This document shows, piece by piece, positions 9,966 to 19,592 of a DNA stretch of 64,000 nucleotides. Location: contig DATEZQ010000003.1 in NCBI GenBank assembly GCA_035583355.1, forward strand, positions 193,844-257,843. Direction: 5' to 3'. Source of the DNA: Minisyncoccota bacterium (lineage in GTDB: Bacteria > Patescibacteriota > Minisyncoccia > Phycocordibacterales > UBA6899). The notes below the pieces were generated by a model, which ran no database searches, had not been told where the DNA came from, and was given only the letters and a program-made list of their open reading frames with translations. Position 1 is the first letter of the stretch. Every line of letters begins with the position of its first letter. The translations under genes were made by a program, and so were the position numbers.

Positions 9966-10979
9966 TTATTTCGGTTTCGGAATGCCGAGGTGGAGAAGGA
10001 ACTCACCTCGATCGCTTCCATAGGAACTTGTGAGGAGGTCGAGCTTCACGGGAATTTCCCTGCTCGCATCTTTGCCATTGAAGTCAAGTGTGATCGTCGT
10101 CGATTGCTTGCTCGAAAACTTTTGACGAATCCCACTGTGCCTGTAGCTGCTAATGAGGCTTTTCTGCGTGATCGCCTGTCGGCCGATGAAAATGTCGTAG
10201 ATGCGAAACTTGTTGCCATCTTTCGAGGTAACCTGCGTCGCTCCGCGACCATACTTGCTGAACAGGTGATCGCCGATCGTGAGCTCACTGTCGGCTCCGA
10301 GATTTGTTACAAGGATGTCGACATAGATGCTATTGGGCCGCTCGCTCAATATATAGAAGCGCTTGACTTCGAAGGTGAAGCCATTCTGCTTCACCATGAC
10401 TTCGGTTGTGCTCCCTGCTGCACTCGTGTGCTGATCGGGCCCGAATTCCTGAAACGACATGCGCAAGAGATCAGAGACGAATTCATCTTTCAGAATCGTC
10501 GCACTTGCAACGCTGAGCACTTCGCCTGAGGTTGAGCTGATGAGTCTTGCATTGATGCGGAGCCCAACATTCGTATCGGTGATGCTACCCGTGAGGATCG
10601 CATCGATAGCGAGGAGCTTGCCGAGGCGCTGAATTGCTGCCCCATCGACGGGTCCGGAGAGCTCAAACTTTTGCTCTTTGAGAATCTTCACCAACAATTC
10701 GCGCTCAACGATTTGGAATTTCCGTGTCTCGAAGAGTTTCACGGTGAGCTCTTCGGCAAGGATCTTTCCGAATGCACTCGTTTGGCTATCGCCACCAGAA
10801 AGACTGAGAATCGCGATTTTGATAACGCCTGTCTGTCGGCTCTTGCTAGAGATGTCTGACGCGAGGTTTGTGATGCTTGCGTCGAAACGGTCGCTCGCGG
10901 GCTGCGCTTGAAGCGTGGGCCCAAACACAGTGAGCATGAAAGAGAAAAACAGAGAGAGAAGAACATTCCAAGGCTTCAT
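9966..10979 (-). CDS. secreted protein with CsgG/TolB-N/LpoB-like periplasmic domain (paralogue 1)
   Basis: Signal peptide MKPWNVLLSLFFSFMLTVFGPTLQA. Motif IAILSLSG...FGKILAEELTVKLFETRKFQIVERELLVKILKEQKFELSGPVD. Confidence 0.55.
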   Translation of the reverse strand: MKPWNVLLSLFFSFMLTVFGPTLQAQPASDRFDASITNLASDISSKSRQTGVIKIAILSLSGGDSQTSAFGKILAEELTVKLFETRKFQIVERELLVKILKEQKFELSGPVDGAAIQRLGKLLAIDAILTGSITDTNVGLRINARLISSTSGEVLSVASATILKDEFVSDLLRMSFQEFGPDQHTSAAGSTTEVMVKQNGFTFEVKRFYILSERPNSIYVDILVTNLGADSELTIGDHLFSKYGRGATQVTSKDGNKFRIYDIFIGRQAITQKSLISSYRHSGIRQKFSSKQSTTITLDFNGKDASREIPVKLDLLTSSYGSDRGEFLLHLGIPKPK

Positions 10980-11097
10980 GGGAGCTCCTTTGGGGGAGTG
11001 TATTCTGTGCTGAGTATGCAATATTGTCTGTGTATAGTCAAGTATTTGTTAGTTATCCCATATATAGAAAAACCGCCACAAGCTGTGGCGGTGTGCA

Positions 11098-12087
11098 TTA
11101 CTTTTTCGGCAGGTCAGTAAAGGTGATGTATCTTTGCCTGCCCGCGTCTTCGAGTCCGGTGACCGGAAGTGCGAGTGAACTACACAAATAGACATTCTTG
11201 CCCGCGTCGCGGAATTGTACGACGATAGTGATGCTTGAATGCGCAGGGAAGACGTGCGAAACGTTGTTTGCAAGCGATCGTGATGATCCAGCGATGCCAA
11301 TTCTTGGATGCCCGTACGTGGTTCCCCAGTTGGTTTGGAGAAGTCCATCATCTCCGAGCCAGCCACTTTTTCCGAAGGTCAGTTCGGTTGTGGTTGGCCC
11401 ATTATTCGTCACCATGATTTCAAATACTGCCGCCCCGAGTTCATCTTTGTACGAACGCGTGATTACGAATGTGAAGTTCTTGTGCTCGACAGTGAATTCG
11501 GGAAAGTGTGTGGTGAGGTGCGCAGCGGTCGAGGCTGGGGGAAGCGCACGGTAAGATCTGAGTGGAGCATGCTCGCCAAGGAGTCCGAGGACGAGCGCAT
11601 CTTTCTCGAGCGTTACTGCGGCAAGACTACGTATCTCTCCCGTCATTGTGTCGACAAGGCGAGCGAATACGCGAACGTCGTTCGGTCGATTCACGAATCG
11701 TCCAGTGATGATTGCCTCAACTTTGAGCAGACGCCCGAGGCTTTTTATGGAGTCTGTATCGATTGGGCCAGTGAGTTCAAGTTTTTGCTCTTTGAGCACC
11801 TTTACAATCAGCGTGCGTTCAACGATATTGAACTTACCTGTCTGGAAAAGCCTCGTTGTCATTTCTTCGGAAAGTGTGTTCCCGAGTTCAGTCTCTTTGC
11901 CAGCCAGGTTGGTGAACCCAACGACCGCAACATGCATTTCCTTTGAGCGGTAAGTTCCATCCGCGAGCTTGCCTGCAAGGGCCGCCATCTGCATATCAAA
12001 ATTACTGGGCGTGTTGGCGAGGGAGGTGTTGGCGAGAGTCAGCAGCAAAAACGTAAGAAGCAATCGCGTACAGGTAGTGATCAACAT
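11098..12087 (-). CDS. secreted protein with CsgG/TolB-N/LpoB-like periplasmic domain (paralogue 2)
   Basis: Signal peptide. VAVVGFTNLAGKETELGNTLSEEMTTRLFQTGKFNIVERTLIVKVLKEQKLELTGPID aligns with the gene at 9966-10979. Confidence 0.55.
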   Translation of the reverse strand: MLITTCTRLLLTFLLLTLANTSLANTPSNFDMQMAALAGKLADGTYRSKEMHVAVVGFTNLAGKETELGNTLSEEMTTRLFQTGKFNIVERTLIVKVLKEQKLELTGPIDTDSIKSLGRLLKVEAIITGRFVNRPNDVRVFARLVDTMTGEIRSLAAVTLEKDALVLGLLGEHAPLRSYRALPPASTAAHLTTHFPEFTVEHKNFTFVITRSYKDELGAAVFEIMVTNNGPTTTELTFGKSGWLGDDGLLQTNWGTTYGHPRIGIAGSSRSLANNVSHVFPAHSSITIVVQFRDAGKNVYLCSSLALPVTGLEDAGRQRYITFTDLPKK

Positions 12088-12260
12088 AGAATCTCCATTG
12101 CAATGTACGAGCTACATGCAGTATGCAACTATTGTTTCTGTCAGTCAAGTAATGAGAAATTTCTTCAATTGAGAGCAAAATCTAGTAATTGACATACATC
12201 ATTGTTACATGTATGGTTAGCCCAGCTGTACATTCATACTTTTTGCAAAGGGAGCCAATC

Positions 12261-12593
12261 ATGAAAGACTCTACGAAGAAAGCGATGAAATATGGCCTCT
12301 GGGCAGCGCTCATTGGTGCGCTTCTCTTTTTCTTCTATCGCGTGCGCAAGCGCATGCAGGGCCAGCAAGCAAGAAATGATGCGCGCGGCGCAAGGGTCAT
12401 TGACGCTGAGGTCATTGATATGAGCGACTGCAATATCGGCGGAATCAATCAGCCCCCTCCCGACAGTAAGGTGAAAGAAGCGGCACATGCTGCGCTTGAT
12501 GAACTGACAAGTTGGGCTGACGCGGCACAGCGTGCTGCGCAGACGGACTGGTTCCGCAAGCTGACCTCACTCAACTTCTTCTCCAAAAAGTGA
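12261..12593 (+). CDS. small membrane protein
   Basis: MKDSTKKAMKYGLWAALIGALLFFFYRVRKR has a single TM helix. AAGGGAG SD. TTGACA-17-TATGGT promoter at 12191-12225. Confidence 0.5.
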   Translation: MKDSTKKAMKYGLWAALIGALLFFFYRVRKRMQGQQARNDARGARVIDAEVIDMSDCNIGGINQPPPDSKVKEAAHAALDELTSWADAAQRAAQTDWFRKLTSLNFFSKK

Positions 12594-12604
12594 AAGGAGT
12601 TTCC

Positions 12605-13450
12605 ATGAATGCGATTCTGACTTTTCTCCGTGGCCTCGCCACAAGCGCAGGGAATGCGGTGAGCAACATACTCAAGACCATGTTCCTCGCGAGTATCTTC
12701 ATGCTCGGACTGACGTTCGTCATGTGGCTACTCAACATCTTTGGCCTGAAGGAGCTGAACTACGTGTTCTTCTTCCTTGGTGGCATCATGATTTTCTTCA
12801 TCGGATTCAATCCGGCGACGATTGTGACGAGTATTCTCGTCGGTGCCGTCGCAGGAGGGATCAATCGAGAAGGCATCATGAAGGGTGCGCTTACGGGTCC
12901 TGCTCGTTTGCTCTACTTCATCATCGGCCTCCTCTATGCCTTTTTCGCCCTTGCGGGACTCCTCGCCACGACGTCGTTCGCGGAAAGCCCGAGCTCCTTC
13001 TTTGCCATCATGGCAATGACCATGCTGCTCGGCGTCGCGACCGCTTTCGTCGGTGCAAAGGCGAGTAAGTTCGCGTTTGCGGTAGTTGCGGTGTACGCAG
13101 CCTACATCTGTGTTCGCGCAATTTGGGCGATCATTCCCGTGGAAACGAAGTACAACCTGGGAATTCCCATTTCGGCGATCCAGGACATCGACAATGTCAT
13201 CGGGACGGGATCGAAAGAAGTAAAAAGAACTATCGATGCCATCGTCACGATCGAGGAGCGCAAGGCGAACATCATTCGTGAGGAAAAGCGAAGGCAGTAT
13301 GAAGCTGCTGAAGCAGCCGCAGCAGTCCAGCGCGAGGAGGATGAACGCAGGGACAAAATCCGTCGCGCGAAAGAAGAGGAGCAGCGAGCTCATGATGAGC
13401 TCAAGAGAAAACTCGATAAGACCATCAACGACCTTGAAGGGGACAAGTAG
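12605..13450 (+). CDS. polytopic membrane protein with C-terminal charged coiled-coil
   Basis: Several hydrophobic helices followed by an EERKANIIREEKRRQYEAAEAAAAVQREEDERRDKIRRAKEEEQRAHDELKRK tail. AAAGGAG SD. Confidence 0.55.
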   Translation: MNAILTFLRGLATSAGNAVSNILKTMFLASIFMLGLTFVMWLLNIFGLKELNYVFFFLGGIMIFFIGFNPATIVTSILVGAVAGGINREGIMKGALTGPARLLYFIIGLLYAFFALAGLLATTSFAESPSSFFAIMAMTMLLGVATAFVGAKASKFAFAVVAVYAAYICVRAIWAIIPVETKYNLGIPISAIQDIDNVIGTGSKEVKRTIDAIVTIEERKANIIREEKRRQYEAAEAAAAVQREEDERRDKIRRAKEEEQRAHDELKRKLDKTINDLEGDK

Positions 13451-13465
13451 CACCAAAGGCGCACC

Positions 13466-14032
13466 ATGAGTGCGCCTTTTTTATATGTTCTTGCTTGTGC
13501 TATACTTTACTATATGGATATTCTTTCACACGCACTTTGGGGAGGGGTAGGTTTTGGTCGCAAGAATAGGAGCGATTTTTGGGCAGCATTTATGCTTGGT
13601 ATGTCTCCTGATCTCCTTGCTTTCGGCATTCCCTCAATCACAAGAATCATCACTGCATTGTCAGGAAATGGCTTACCTGAAGAGTTTCACAGGAATATGG
13701 CGTATTTTCCATCGTATGTATTTACGCTGTACTCGATAGGGCATAGTTTGGTTATATTTACACTCGCTTTCATTGCGGTGTGGATTTTTCGAAAAAAGCC
13801 ATATATTCCCTTGTTTGCTTGGTTTTTTCACATTTTTCTCGACATTTTCACCCATAGTATCGACTTTTTCCCAACGCCATTTCTATGGCCGCTCTCGGAT
13901 TACCATTTTGATGGCCAATCTTGGGGACAACCACTCATATTTATCCCTAATGTCCTCCTCCTGTTTGCTGCCTATGGTTATTGGGCGTGGATGAGAAGGA
14001 AAGATAAAATGTTGCAGTTCAAGGATTCTTGA
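13466..14032 (+). CDS. membrane-bound metal-dependent hydrolase-like protein (YdjM/DUF457-like)
   Basis: Pattern H..WG...SPDLL...GHS...HIFLDIFTHS...PFLWPLS on a multi-TM background. Alternative start at 13514. Confidence 0.45.
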   Translation: MSAPFLYVLACAILYYMDILSHALWGGVGFGRKNRSDFWAAFMLGMSPDLLAFGIPSITRIITALSGNGLPEEFHRNMAYFPSYVFTLYSIGHSLVIFTLAFIAVWIFRKKPYIPLFAWFFHIFLDIFTHSIDFFPTPFLWPLSDYHFDGQSWGQPLIFIPNVLLLFAAYGYWAWMRRKDKMLQFKDS

Positions 14033-14105
14033 CAGATATCTGAGATATTGTGAAATGAGCCAATGTTGCTTTCAGTATATTGTCCCCACGATATCCACGC
14101 AGTGC

Positions 14106-14133
14106 CTTGACTATTGCTCATGCTCTGGTATAC
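14106..14133 (+). promoter_or_regulatory. sigma70-like promoter upstream of tuf
   Basis: TTGACT, 16 nt spacer, TATACT. Confidence 0.4.
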
Positions 14134-14357
14134 TCCCATTCAACGTTGCAGTGTCTGTTTTTACGCGATTTGGCTGTCCTCCGCAAGAGGAAAACCAAAC
14201 ATACAACAGTTAAATCGCTAGGAGGAAAACGTACAGTAGCACGTGGGATTAAATAAAGTAGTAGGCCCTTCGCCTACTACCTCTTAAACTTTGCAAAATT
14301 TTTATCGAGAGATAAATTTATGTGCAATTAATAATATAAGTCATACGAATTAATTTT

Positions 14358-15551
14358 ATGGCAGCAGAAGCATTTGATCGTTCAAAGCCACACGTTAACG
14401 TGGGCACCATCGGTCACGTCGACCACGGCAAGACCACTCTTACCGCAGCGATCCTCCACGTGCTCCACATGGCAGGTTGTGAGGTGAAGATGAAGGGAGT
14501 TAACGAAATCGACTCAGCACCAGAGGAGAAGGAGCGCGGTATTACTATCGCCCTCTCACACAATGAGTATTCTACAAAGACCCGCCACTACGCACACATC
14601 GACGCACCGGGCCACGCAGACTACATCAAGAACATGATCACCGGAGCAGCACAAATGGACGGTGCAATCATCGTCGTTGCAGCAACCGATGGTCCTATGC
14701 CACAGACACGTGAGCACATCCTTCTTGCAAAGCAGGTCGGCGTACCTCGCATCATCGTCTTCTTGAACAAGGTAGACATGGTTGATGACGCTGATCTCGT
14801 TGACCTCGTTGAGGAGGAGATCCGTGATCTTCTCGAGAAGCAGGGCTTCGATCGCAATTGTCCAGTTATCCGTGGTTCAGGTCTCAAGGGACTCGAGGCT
14901 ACATCAGTTGATGACGAGTGGGCAAAGAAGATTCTTGAGCTCACTGATGCTCTCGATACCTACATCCCAGTTCCACAGCGTGATACAGCAAAGCCATTCC
15001 TTATGCCAGTTGAGGACATCTTCTCAATTGAAGGTCGTGGTACGGTTGTGACCGGAAAGATCGAGCGCGGTATCATCAAGGTTGGACAGGACATTGAGAT
15101 CGTTGGTCTCAAGGATACTGTAAAGACAACAGTGACTGGTATTGAAATGTTCAACAAGTCACTCCAGGAGGGTATGGCCGGCGACAATGCAGGTATTCTC
15201 ATCCGCGGTATCAAGAAGGAGGACGTTACTCGTGGTCAGGTGCTTGCAGCACTCGGCTCAGTAACTCCACACTCAGAGTTCGAGGCAGAGGTGTATATCC
15301 TCAGCAAGGACGAGGGTGGACGCCACACACCATTCTTCTCAGGCTACAAGCCACAGTTCTACATCCGTACAACGGACGTGACTGGTGAGGTTACACTCAA
15401 GGAGGGTGTTGAGATGGTTATGCCAGGCGATACTGTTACCTTCAAGGTAAAGTTGATCGCTCCAGTTGCACTCGAGGACCAGACACGTTTCGCTATCCGC
15501 GAGGGTGGTCGTACAGTCGGTGCTGGTGTCGTAACAAAGATCGTTAAGTAA
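14358..15551 (+). CDS. tuf: translation elongation factor Tu
   Basis: [32 protein letters not shown]...DAPGHADY...NKVD... full length, 397 aa. Confidence 0.97.
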   Translation: MAAEAFDRSKPHVNVGTIGHVDHGKTTLTAAILHVLHMAGCEVKMKGVNEIDSAPEEKERGITIALSHNEYSTKTRHYAHIDAPGHADYIKNMITGAAQMDGAIIVVAATDGPMPQTREHILLAKQVGVPRIIVFLNKVDMVDDADLVDLVEEEIRDLLEKQGFDRNCPVIRGSGLKGLEATSVDDEWAKKILELTDALDTYIPVPQRDTAKPFLMPVEDIFSIEGRGTVVTGKIERGIIKVGQDIEIVGLKDTVKTTVTGIEMFNKSLQEGMAGDNAGILIRGIKKEDVTRGQVLAALGSVTPHSEFEAEVYILSKDEGGRHTPFFSGYKPQFYIRTTDVTGEVTLKEGVEMVMPGDTVTFKVKLIAPVALEDQTRFAIREGGRTVGAGVVTKIVK

Positions 15552-15574
15552 TAAACAAGTCTTTTTGCTCAATC

Positions 15575-15637
15575 TTGCAGTGGTTCGCCGCGCGACTCGC
15601 TCGATGTACTCAATGTACATCTCGCTAGAGTTCGCAC
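15575..15637 (+). repeat. intergenic repeat family copy D (downstream of tuf)
   Basis: gcgactcgctcgatgtactcaatgtacatctcgctagagttcgcacggctcc. Shares gcgactcgctc, the GTAC-core palindrome and ctcgctagagttcgcacg.ctcc with copy A. Confidence 0.6.
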
Positions 15638-15829
15638 GGCTCCACCACCGCAACCTTGAACAAAAATCTCTTGTTTATGAAAAACGATAAATGTTCGTAA
15701 TCGTTCCCGTAATGGTGTGACGATTCGTCCCATCATTATTAGAACAAAATCCTACGTTTACTGAAATATATGACAACTGCGGAACACACAACGAAGAAGG
15801 CAGCTGCGAAAAAGGTAGAAGGAGGAGGC

Positions 15830-16129
15830 ATGCTCCGCATCCGCGTACGTGCATACGAGTCAAAGATCCTCGACGCTTCAGTGCGCCAGATCATGGACAC
15901 GGCTGCTCGTCTCGAGGCGTCGGTGCACGGACCAATCCCACTTCCAACCCACATCACCAAGTATACGGTGAATCGCGCGACCTTCGTCTATAAGGATGCC
16001 CGAGAGCAGTTCGAAATGCGCATTCATAAGCGCCTTATCGACATCTTGAATCCAAACCAGAAGATCATTGAGGCGCTCACAAACTTGACCCTTCCGTCAG
16101 GAGTGAACATCGATGTGAAGATGATGTAA
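15830..16129 (+). CDS. rpsJ: 30S ribosomal protein S10
   Basis: [15 protein letters not shown]... GGAGGAGG SD immediately before the ATG at 15830. The ORF track starts at 15770, giving an unlikely N-terminal extension. Confidence 0.88.
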   Translation: MLRIRVRAYESKILDASVRQIMDTAARLEASVHGPIPLPTHITKYTVNRATFVYKDAREQFEMRIHKRLIDILNPNQKIIEALTNLTLPSGVNIDVKMM

Positions 16130-16314
16130 TCTGAGCTTGCTCAAATTACACCAGTGCTTGTAATAGCATATGGTTATGTCAGTGATGACATGCACCGCAT
16201 TGAAAATTATAGGTAGTCCTCGATGATGTTGTCCGCAAGGCAACCGCTCACGGAACTACTGGAGTCCAAGACTCTTTACGCCTATGGGTTTACCCATACG
16301 CACTATTAAGTCAT

Positions 16315-16344
16315 GGCCACGTCTACTTTATTGTAGACGTGGCC
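16315..16344 (+). promoter_or_regulatory. perfect 12 bp stem hairpin in the rpsJ-rplC spacer
   Basis: ggccacgtctac-tttatt-gtagacgtggcc lies within an unusual 260 nt gap between rpsJ and rplC. Confidence 0.4.
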
Positions 16345-16391
16345 CTCTGACATGATGGTTCCCACAAATCATCATTAACTAAAATAAATTT

Positions 16392-17006
16392 ATGAAGTAT
16401 ATTCTCGGAACAAAGCAGCAGATGACACAGTTCTACACCGCCGATGGCAAGTGTGTAGCAGCAACCGTCCTCGTAGCTGGCCCAATCACCGTGACTGCAG
16501 TCAAGAACGTTGAACGCGATGGCTATGTCGCAGCACAGATTGGTTTTGGTAAGCAGCTTCCTCAGCGCCTCAACAAGGCACAGGTCGGAGCACTCAAGGA
16601 TCTTGGTTCATTCAAGACACTCCGTGAGTTCCGTCCAAAGAATGGTGAGCTCGATGTCACTGTCGGTCAGACGATCGGCGCAGATGTCTTCTCAGCAGGA
16701 GATGCCGTCACGGTATCCGCTACCTCAAAGGGTAAGGGATTCCAGGGAGGTGTGAAGCGCCACGGTTTCCATGGTGGTCCTCGTTCTCACGGACAGGCAC
16801 ACTCAGAGCGTGAAGTTGGTTCTATCGGTGCCGGTGGTATGCAGCGCGTCATGAAGGGACTCCGCATGCCAGGTCGCATGGGTAGTGACAAGGTCACGGT
16901 CAAGGGTCTCTCGATTCTCGCAGTCGATCCCGTTAATAATCTCCTCGTTGTTTCTGGTGCAGTACCAGGACGCCGCGGAACTGTTGTCGAAGTAACTGGT
17001 AACTAA
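16392..17006 (+). CDS. rplC: 50S ribosomal protein L3
   Basis: MKYILGTKQQMTQFYTADGKCVAATVL... L3 family. Confidence 0.93.
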   Translation: MKYILGTKQQMTQFYTADGKCVAATVLVAGPITVTAVKNVERDGYVAAQIGFGKQLPQRLNKAQVGALKDLGSFKTLREFRPKNGELDVTVGQTIGADVFSAGDAVTVSATSKGKGFQGGVKRHGFHGGPRSHGQAHSEREVGSIGAGGMQRVMKGLRMPGRMGSDKVTVKGLSILAVDPVNNLLVVSGAVPGRRGTVVEVTGN

Positions 17007-17007
17007 T

Positions 17008-17694
17008 ATGGCAAAAACACAAATTTCGCTTGAAGCACCTGTTTACTCAGCAGCAGGCAAGAAGGCAGGTACCATCACACTCGCAGAGTCAGTGTTCGGT
17101 GCAAAATGGAATGCAGACCTTGTTCACCAGGTAGTACTTGGTATGCAGGCAAATGCACGCCAGCCTTGGGCACACACAAAGGATCGCTCAGAGATCTCCG
17201 GAGGTGGCCGCAAGCCATGGAAGCAGAAGGGAACTGGTCGTGCTCGTCACGGATCATCACGTTCTCCAATCTGGCGCCACGGTGGTGTCACGTTCGGTCC
17301 TCGCAATGACAAGGACTACTCAGTCAAGATCAACCGCAAGATGCGTGTGAACGCACTCTTCTCTGTACTTTCAAAGAAGTATGCAGCAGGTCAGGTCCTC
17401 TTCGTTAACGAGCTTGCACTCGCAGCTCCAAAGACAGCAGAGGCACGTGAGATCATGACCAAGCTTGGAACCATTGCTGGTTTCGAGGAGGTAGGAACAC
17501 GTCGCAAGAATGCTCTCTACGTTGTACTTCCAAAGATGGACGTTGCAGCAAAGAAGAGCTTCCAGAACATGGGTAATGTACTCATGGGAACAGTAAGCAC
17601 ACTCAATCCGGTCGATGTGCTTTCATATAAGTATCTCGTGCTTGTCGCACCAGAGGAGTCTGTAAAGGCACTCGAGGCAAAGCTTGCAAAATAA
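17008..17694 (+). CDS. rplD: 50S ribosomal protein L4
   Basis: Begins 2 nt after rplC. L4 family (…GGGRKPWKQKGTGRAR…). Confidence 0.93.
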   Translation: MAKTQISLEAPVYSAAGKKAGTITLAESVFGAKWNADLVHQVVLGMQANARQPWAHTKDRSEISGGGRKPWKQKGTGRARHGSSRSPIWRHGGVTFGPRNDKDYSVKINRKMRVNALFSVLSKKYAAGQVLFVNELALAAPKTAEAREIMTKLGTIAGFEEVGTRRKNALYVVLPKMDVAAKKSFQNMGNVLMGTVSTLNPVDVLSYKYLVLVAPEESVKALEAKLAK

Positions 17695-17698
17695 TCAT

Positions 17699-18067
17699 AT
17701 GGGAATTTTTTCAAAGAAAGACGCTGCAGTCGCAGCAACAGACGAGAAGGTAGTTATCGTTCCTGCTCACCAGCAGGGTGGTATCGATCTCTCTGAGGTC
17801 CTCATCGCTCCACGCATTACTGAGAAGTCAGCAAAGCAGTCGGAGGAAAACGTTTACGCATTTGAAATCAATGCACGCGCAAACAAGCACCAGGTCGCAC
17901 AGGCAGTTGCTACATTCTACAAGATCACTCCAGTGAAGGTTGCTATCGTCAACGTACCGACGAAGTATGCAAAGAATTGGAAGACTGGTCGTACCCAGGT
18001 CAAGAAGCCAGGGATGAAGAAGGCAATGGTCTACGTTAAGAAGGGTGAGACGATCGCCTTTGTGTAA
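17699..18067 (+). CDS. rplW: 50S ribosomal protein L23
   Basis: …LIAPRITEKSAKQSEENVYAFEINARANKHQVAQAV… L23 family. ATG at 17699 follows the L4 stop. Confidence 0.85.
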   Translation: MGIFSKKDAAVAATDEKVVIVPAHQQGGIDLSEVLIAPRITEKSAKQSEENVYAFEINARANKHQVAQAVATFYKITPVKVAIVNVPTKYAKNWKTGRTQVKKPGMKKAMVYVKKGETIAFV

Positions 18068-18094
18068 TTAGGTATAAATAGAACATAAAATCAT

Positions 18095-18943
18095 ATGAAA
18101 ACATTTAAACCAACTACACCAAGTCGTCGTAACACCGTTTTGACTCCCTACAAGGAGCTCCTCTCAGGTGATCAGACCGCAAAGCCAAAGGGACTCGTCA
18201 AGGGTGAGAAGCGCGCTATGGGCCGCAACAACGCAGGTCGCATCACAATGCGTCACCGCGGTGGTGGTAACAAGAAGCTTCTCCGTGTTGTTGACTTCAA
18301 GTTTGACAAGAAGGACGTTCCTGCTCGTGTAGAGGCCGTACAGTACGACCCACTCCGCACAGGTTTCGTCGCACTCGTTGTATATCGTGACGGTGAGCGC
18401 CGCTACATTCTTGCTCCAAAGGGCATGAAGGCAGGTGATACCATCATGGTCAGCGAGACTGCACCAATTGCTCCAGGTAACCGCCTTCCACTCCGCAAGA
18501 TCCCAGTGGGTACATTCGTGTACAACATCGAGATCAAGCCAGAGGGAGGTGCTAAGGTAGCCCGCGCTGCTGGTAACTTCGTTGAGCTTATCGCTAACGA
18601 CGATGGACAGGCATTCCTTAAGATGCCATCATCTGAGGTCCGTAAGGTCTCAGAGAACTGCTGGGCAACTATCGGTCAGGTATCAAACGATCAGTACAAG
18701 CTTCGTAACGAAGGTAAGGCTGGCCGTAATCGCTGGATGGGTATTCGCCCAACTGTGCGTGGTACTGCTATGAATCCCGTTGACCATCCACACGGTGGTG
18801 GTGAGGGACGTCAGGGCCGTGGACTTCGCCGTGCGAAGACCATGTGGGGTAAGCCATCAGGAAAGGGACAGAAGACACGTTCACCAAAGAAGTACTCGAA
18901 TGTCTTTGTGGTCACGCGTCGCGTTGTCGGAAAGAAAAAGTAA
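18095..18943 (+). CDS. rplB: 50S ribosomal protein L2
   Basis: MKTFKPTTPSRRNTV...GRNNAGRITMRHRGGG... L2 family. Confidence 0.95.
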   Translation: MKTFKPTTPSRRNTVLTPYKELLSGDQTAKPKGLVKGEKRAMGRNNAGRITMRHRGGGNKKLLRVVDFKFDKKDVPARVEAVQYDPLRTGFVALVVYRDGERRYILAPKGMKAGDTIMVSETAPIAPGNRLPLRKIPVGTFVYNIEIKPEGGAKVARAAGNFVELIANDDGQAFLKMPSSEVRKVSENCWATIGQVSNDQYKLRNEGKAGRNRWMGIRPTVRGTAMNPVDHPHGGGEGRQGRGLRRAKTMWGKPSGKGQKTRSPKKYSNVFVVTRRVVGKKK

Positions 18944-19042
18944 TTTTATTTCCACAAAACAAAAAGCGCCTTCGGGCGTTTTTTGTTTTGCGGAAATAAA
19001 ATTACTTTTTCTTTACGTTCACCTGCTGGGTGACGGCCGCAT

Positions 19043-19265
19043 CTTTTTGCTTGGATCGGCCTCACGCTTCGCCCACGACTCATGTCAATATTTTGTTCGC
19101 AAGGCTCCAAAATATTGTATGGTCTCGGGCCCGCCTCGCCGTCTCGAGGACTCGACATGGCTCCGGCTTACTCGCGGGAAAATGTTTCACATTTTCGATT
19201 CCCGCTCGTACTCCCTGCACCACTTTACACTATCGGACTCCAGCGAGGCCGCTGCAAGCAAAAAT
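19043..19265 (+). repeat. intergenic repeat family copy C (long form, downstream of rplB)
   Basis: Starts ctttttgcttgg..cggcctcacgcttcgccc and ends ggactccagcgaggccgctgcaagcaaaaat. Same termini as the short copy at 45462-45545, with about 130 nt of extra internal sequence. Confidence 0.65.
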
Positions 19266-19444
19266 CTGAGCGGGTACATTTTCTTGTATTTTACAGATTA
19301 AATATTAGTGCTACTCTATTATTACAAGCGGGGTAAATGCCAGCCTAACGAGGTGCTCGCGGAAATTTCAATTTGCTGCTTATTCGAATCACTAAAAATA
19401 ATCGCAATGAACATTTTTACAAAGATCGGCACGGAGGTCATCAT

Positions 19445-19550
19445 GCGGGGGAGGGTTCTTGACTCCTCTGATGCAAGTTTTTGTAGGCATTTAGTGGGCT
19501 GTCATCATCCCTGTATGATGACAAGGCGGGTTCAACTCCCGCCCTCCGCA
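19445..19550 (+). ncRNA. tRNA-like/tmRNA-like structured RNA candidate #1
   Basis: 5' GCGGGGG pairs 7/7 (one G-U) with 3' CCTCCGC. T-arm GCGGG-TTCAACT-CCCGC. Discriminator A, CCA not encoded. Terminator hairpin follows at 19566-19592. At 106 nt it does not fold as a canonical tRNA. Confidence 0.35.
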
Positions 19551-19565
19551 TAATTTTTATAAATA

Positions 19566-19592
19566 CTAAAAAACGCTAAATAGCGTTTTTTA
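19566..19592. terminator. bidirectional rho-independent terminator
   Basis: aaaaaacgcta-aa-tagcgtttttt. Serves the RNA candidate on + and the HEPN gene on -. Confidence 0.6.

Noticed and set aside
12728-13456. 242 aa minus-strand ORF
   Set aside because: Entirely antisense to the 12605-13450 membrane protein gene. Arg-rich composition typical of antisense-frame artefacts.
15770-15829. N-terminal extension of rpsJ ([20 protein letters not shown])
   Set aside because: A strong GGAGGAGG SD sits immediately before the ATG at 15830, where S10 homology starts. A lineage-specific extension is possible but unsupported.
19328-19550. Confident tmRNA (ssrA) annotation
   Set aside because: The T-arm matches tmRNA, but the acceptor lacks G3:U70, no CCA is encoded, and no convincing tag ORF ending in a hydrophobic tail plus stop was found. 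Kept only as a tRNA-like candidate.
18780-19553. ORFs 18780-19301, 19030-19269, 19082-19336 and 19308-19553
   Set aside because: They overlap the rplB 3' end, the repeat-family copy C and the tRNA-like element. No SD and no coding signal.
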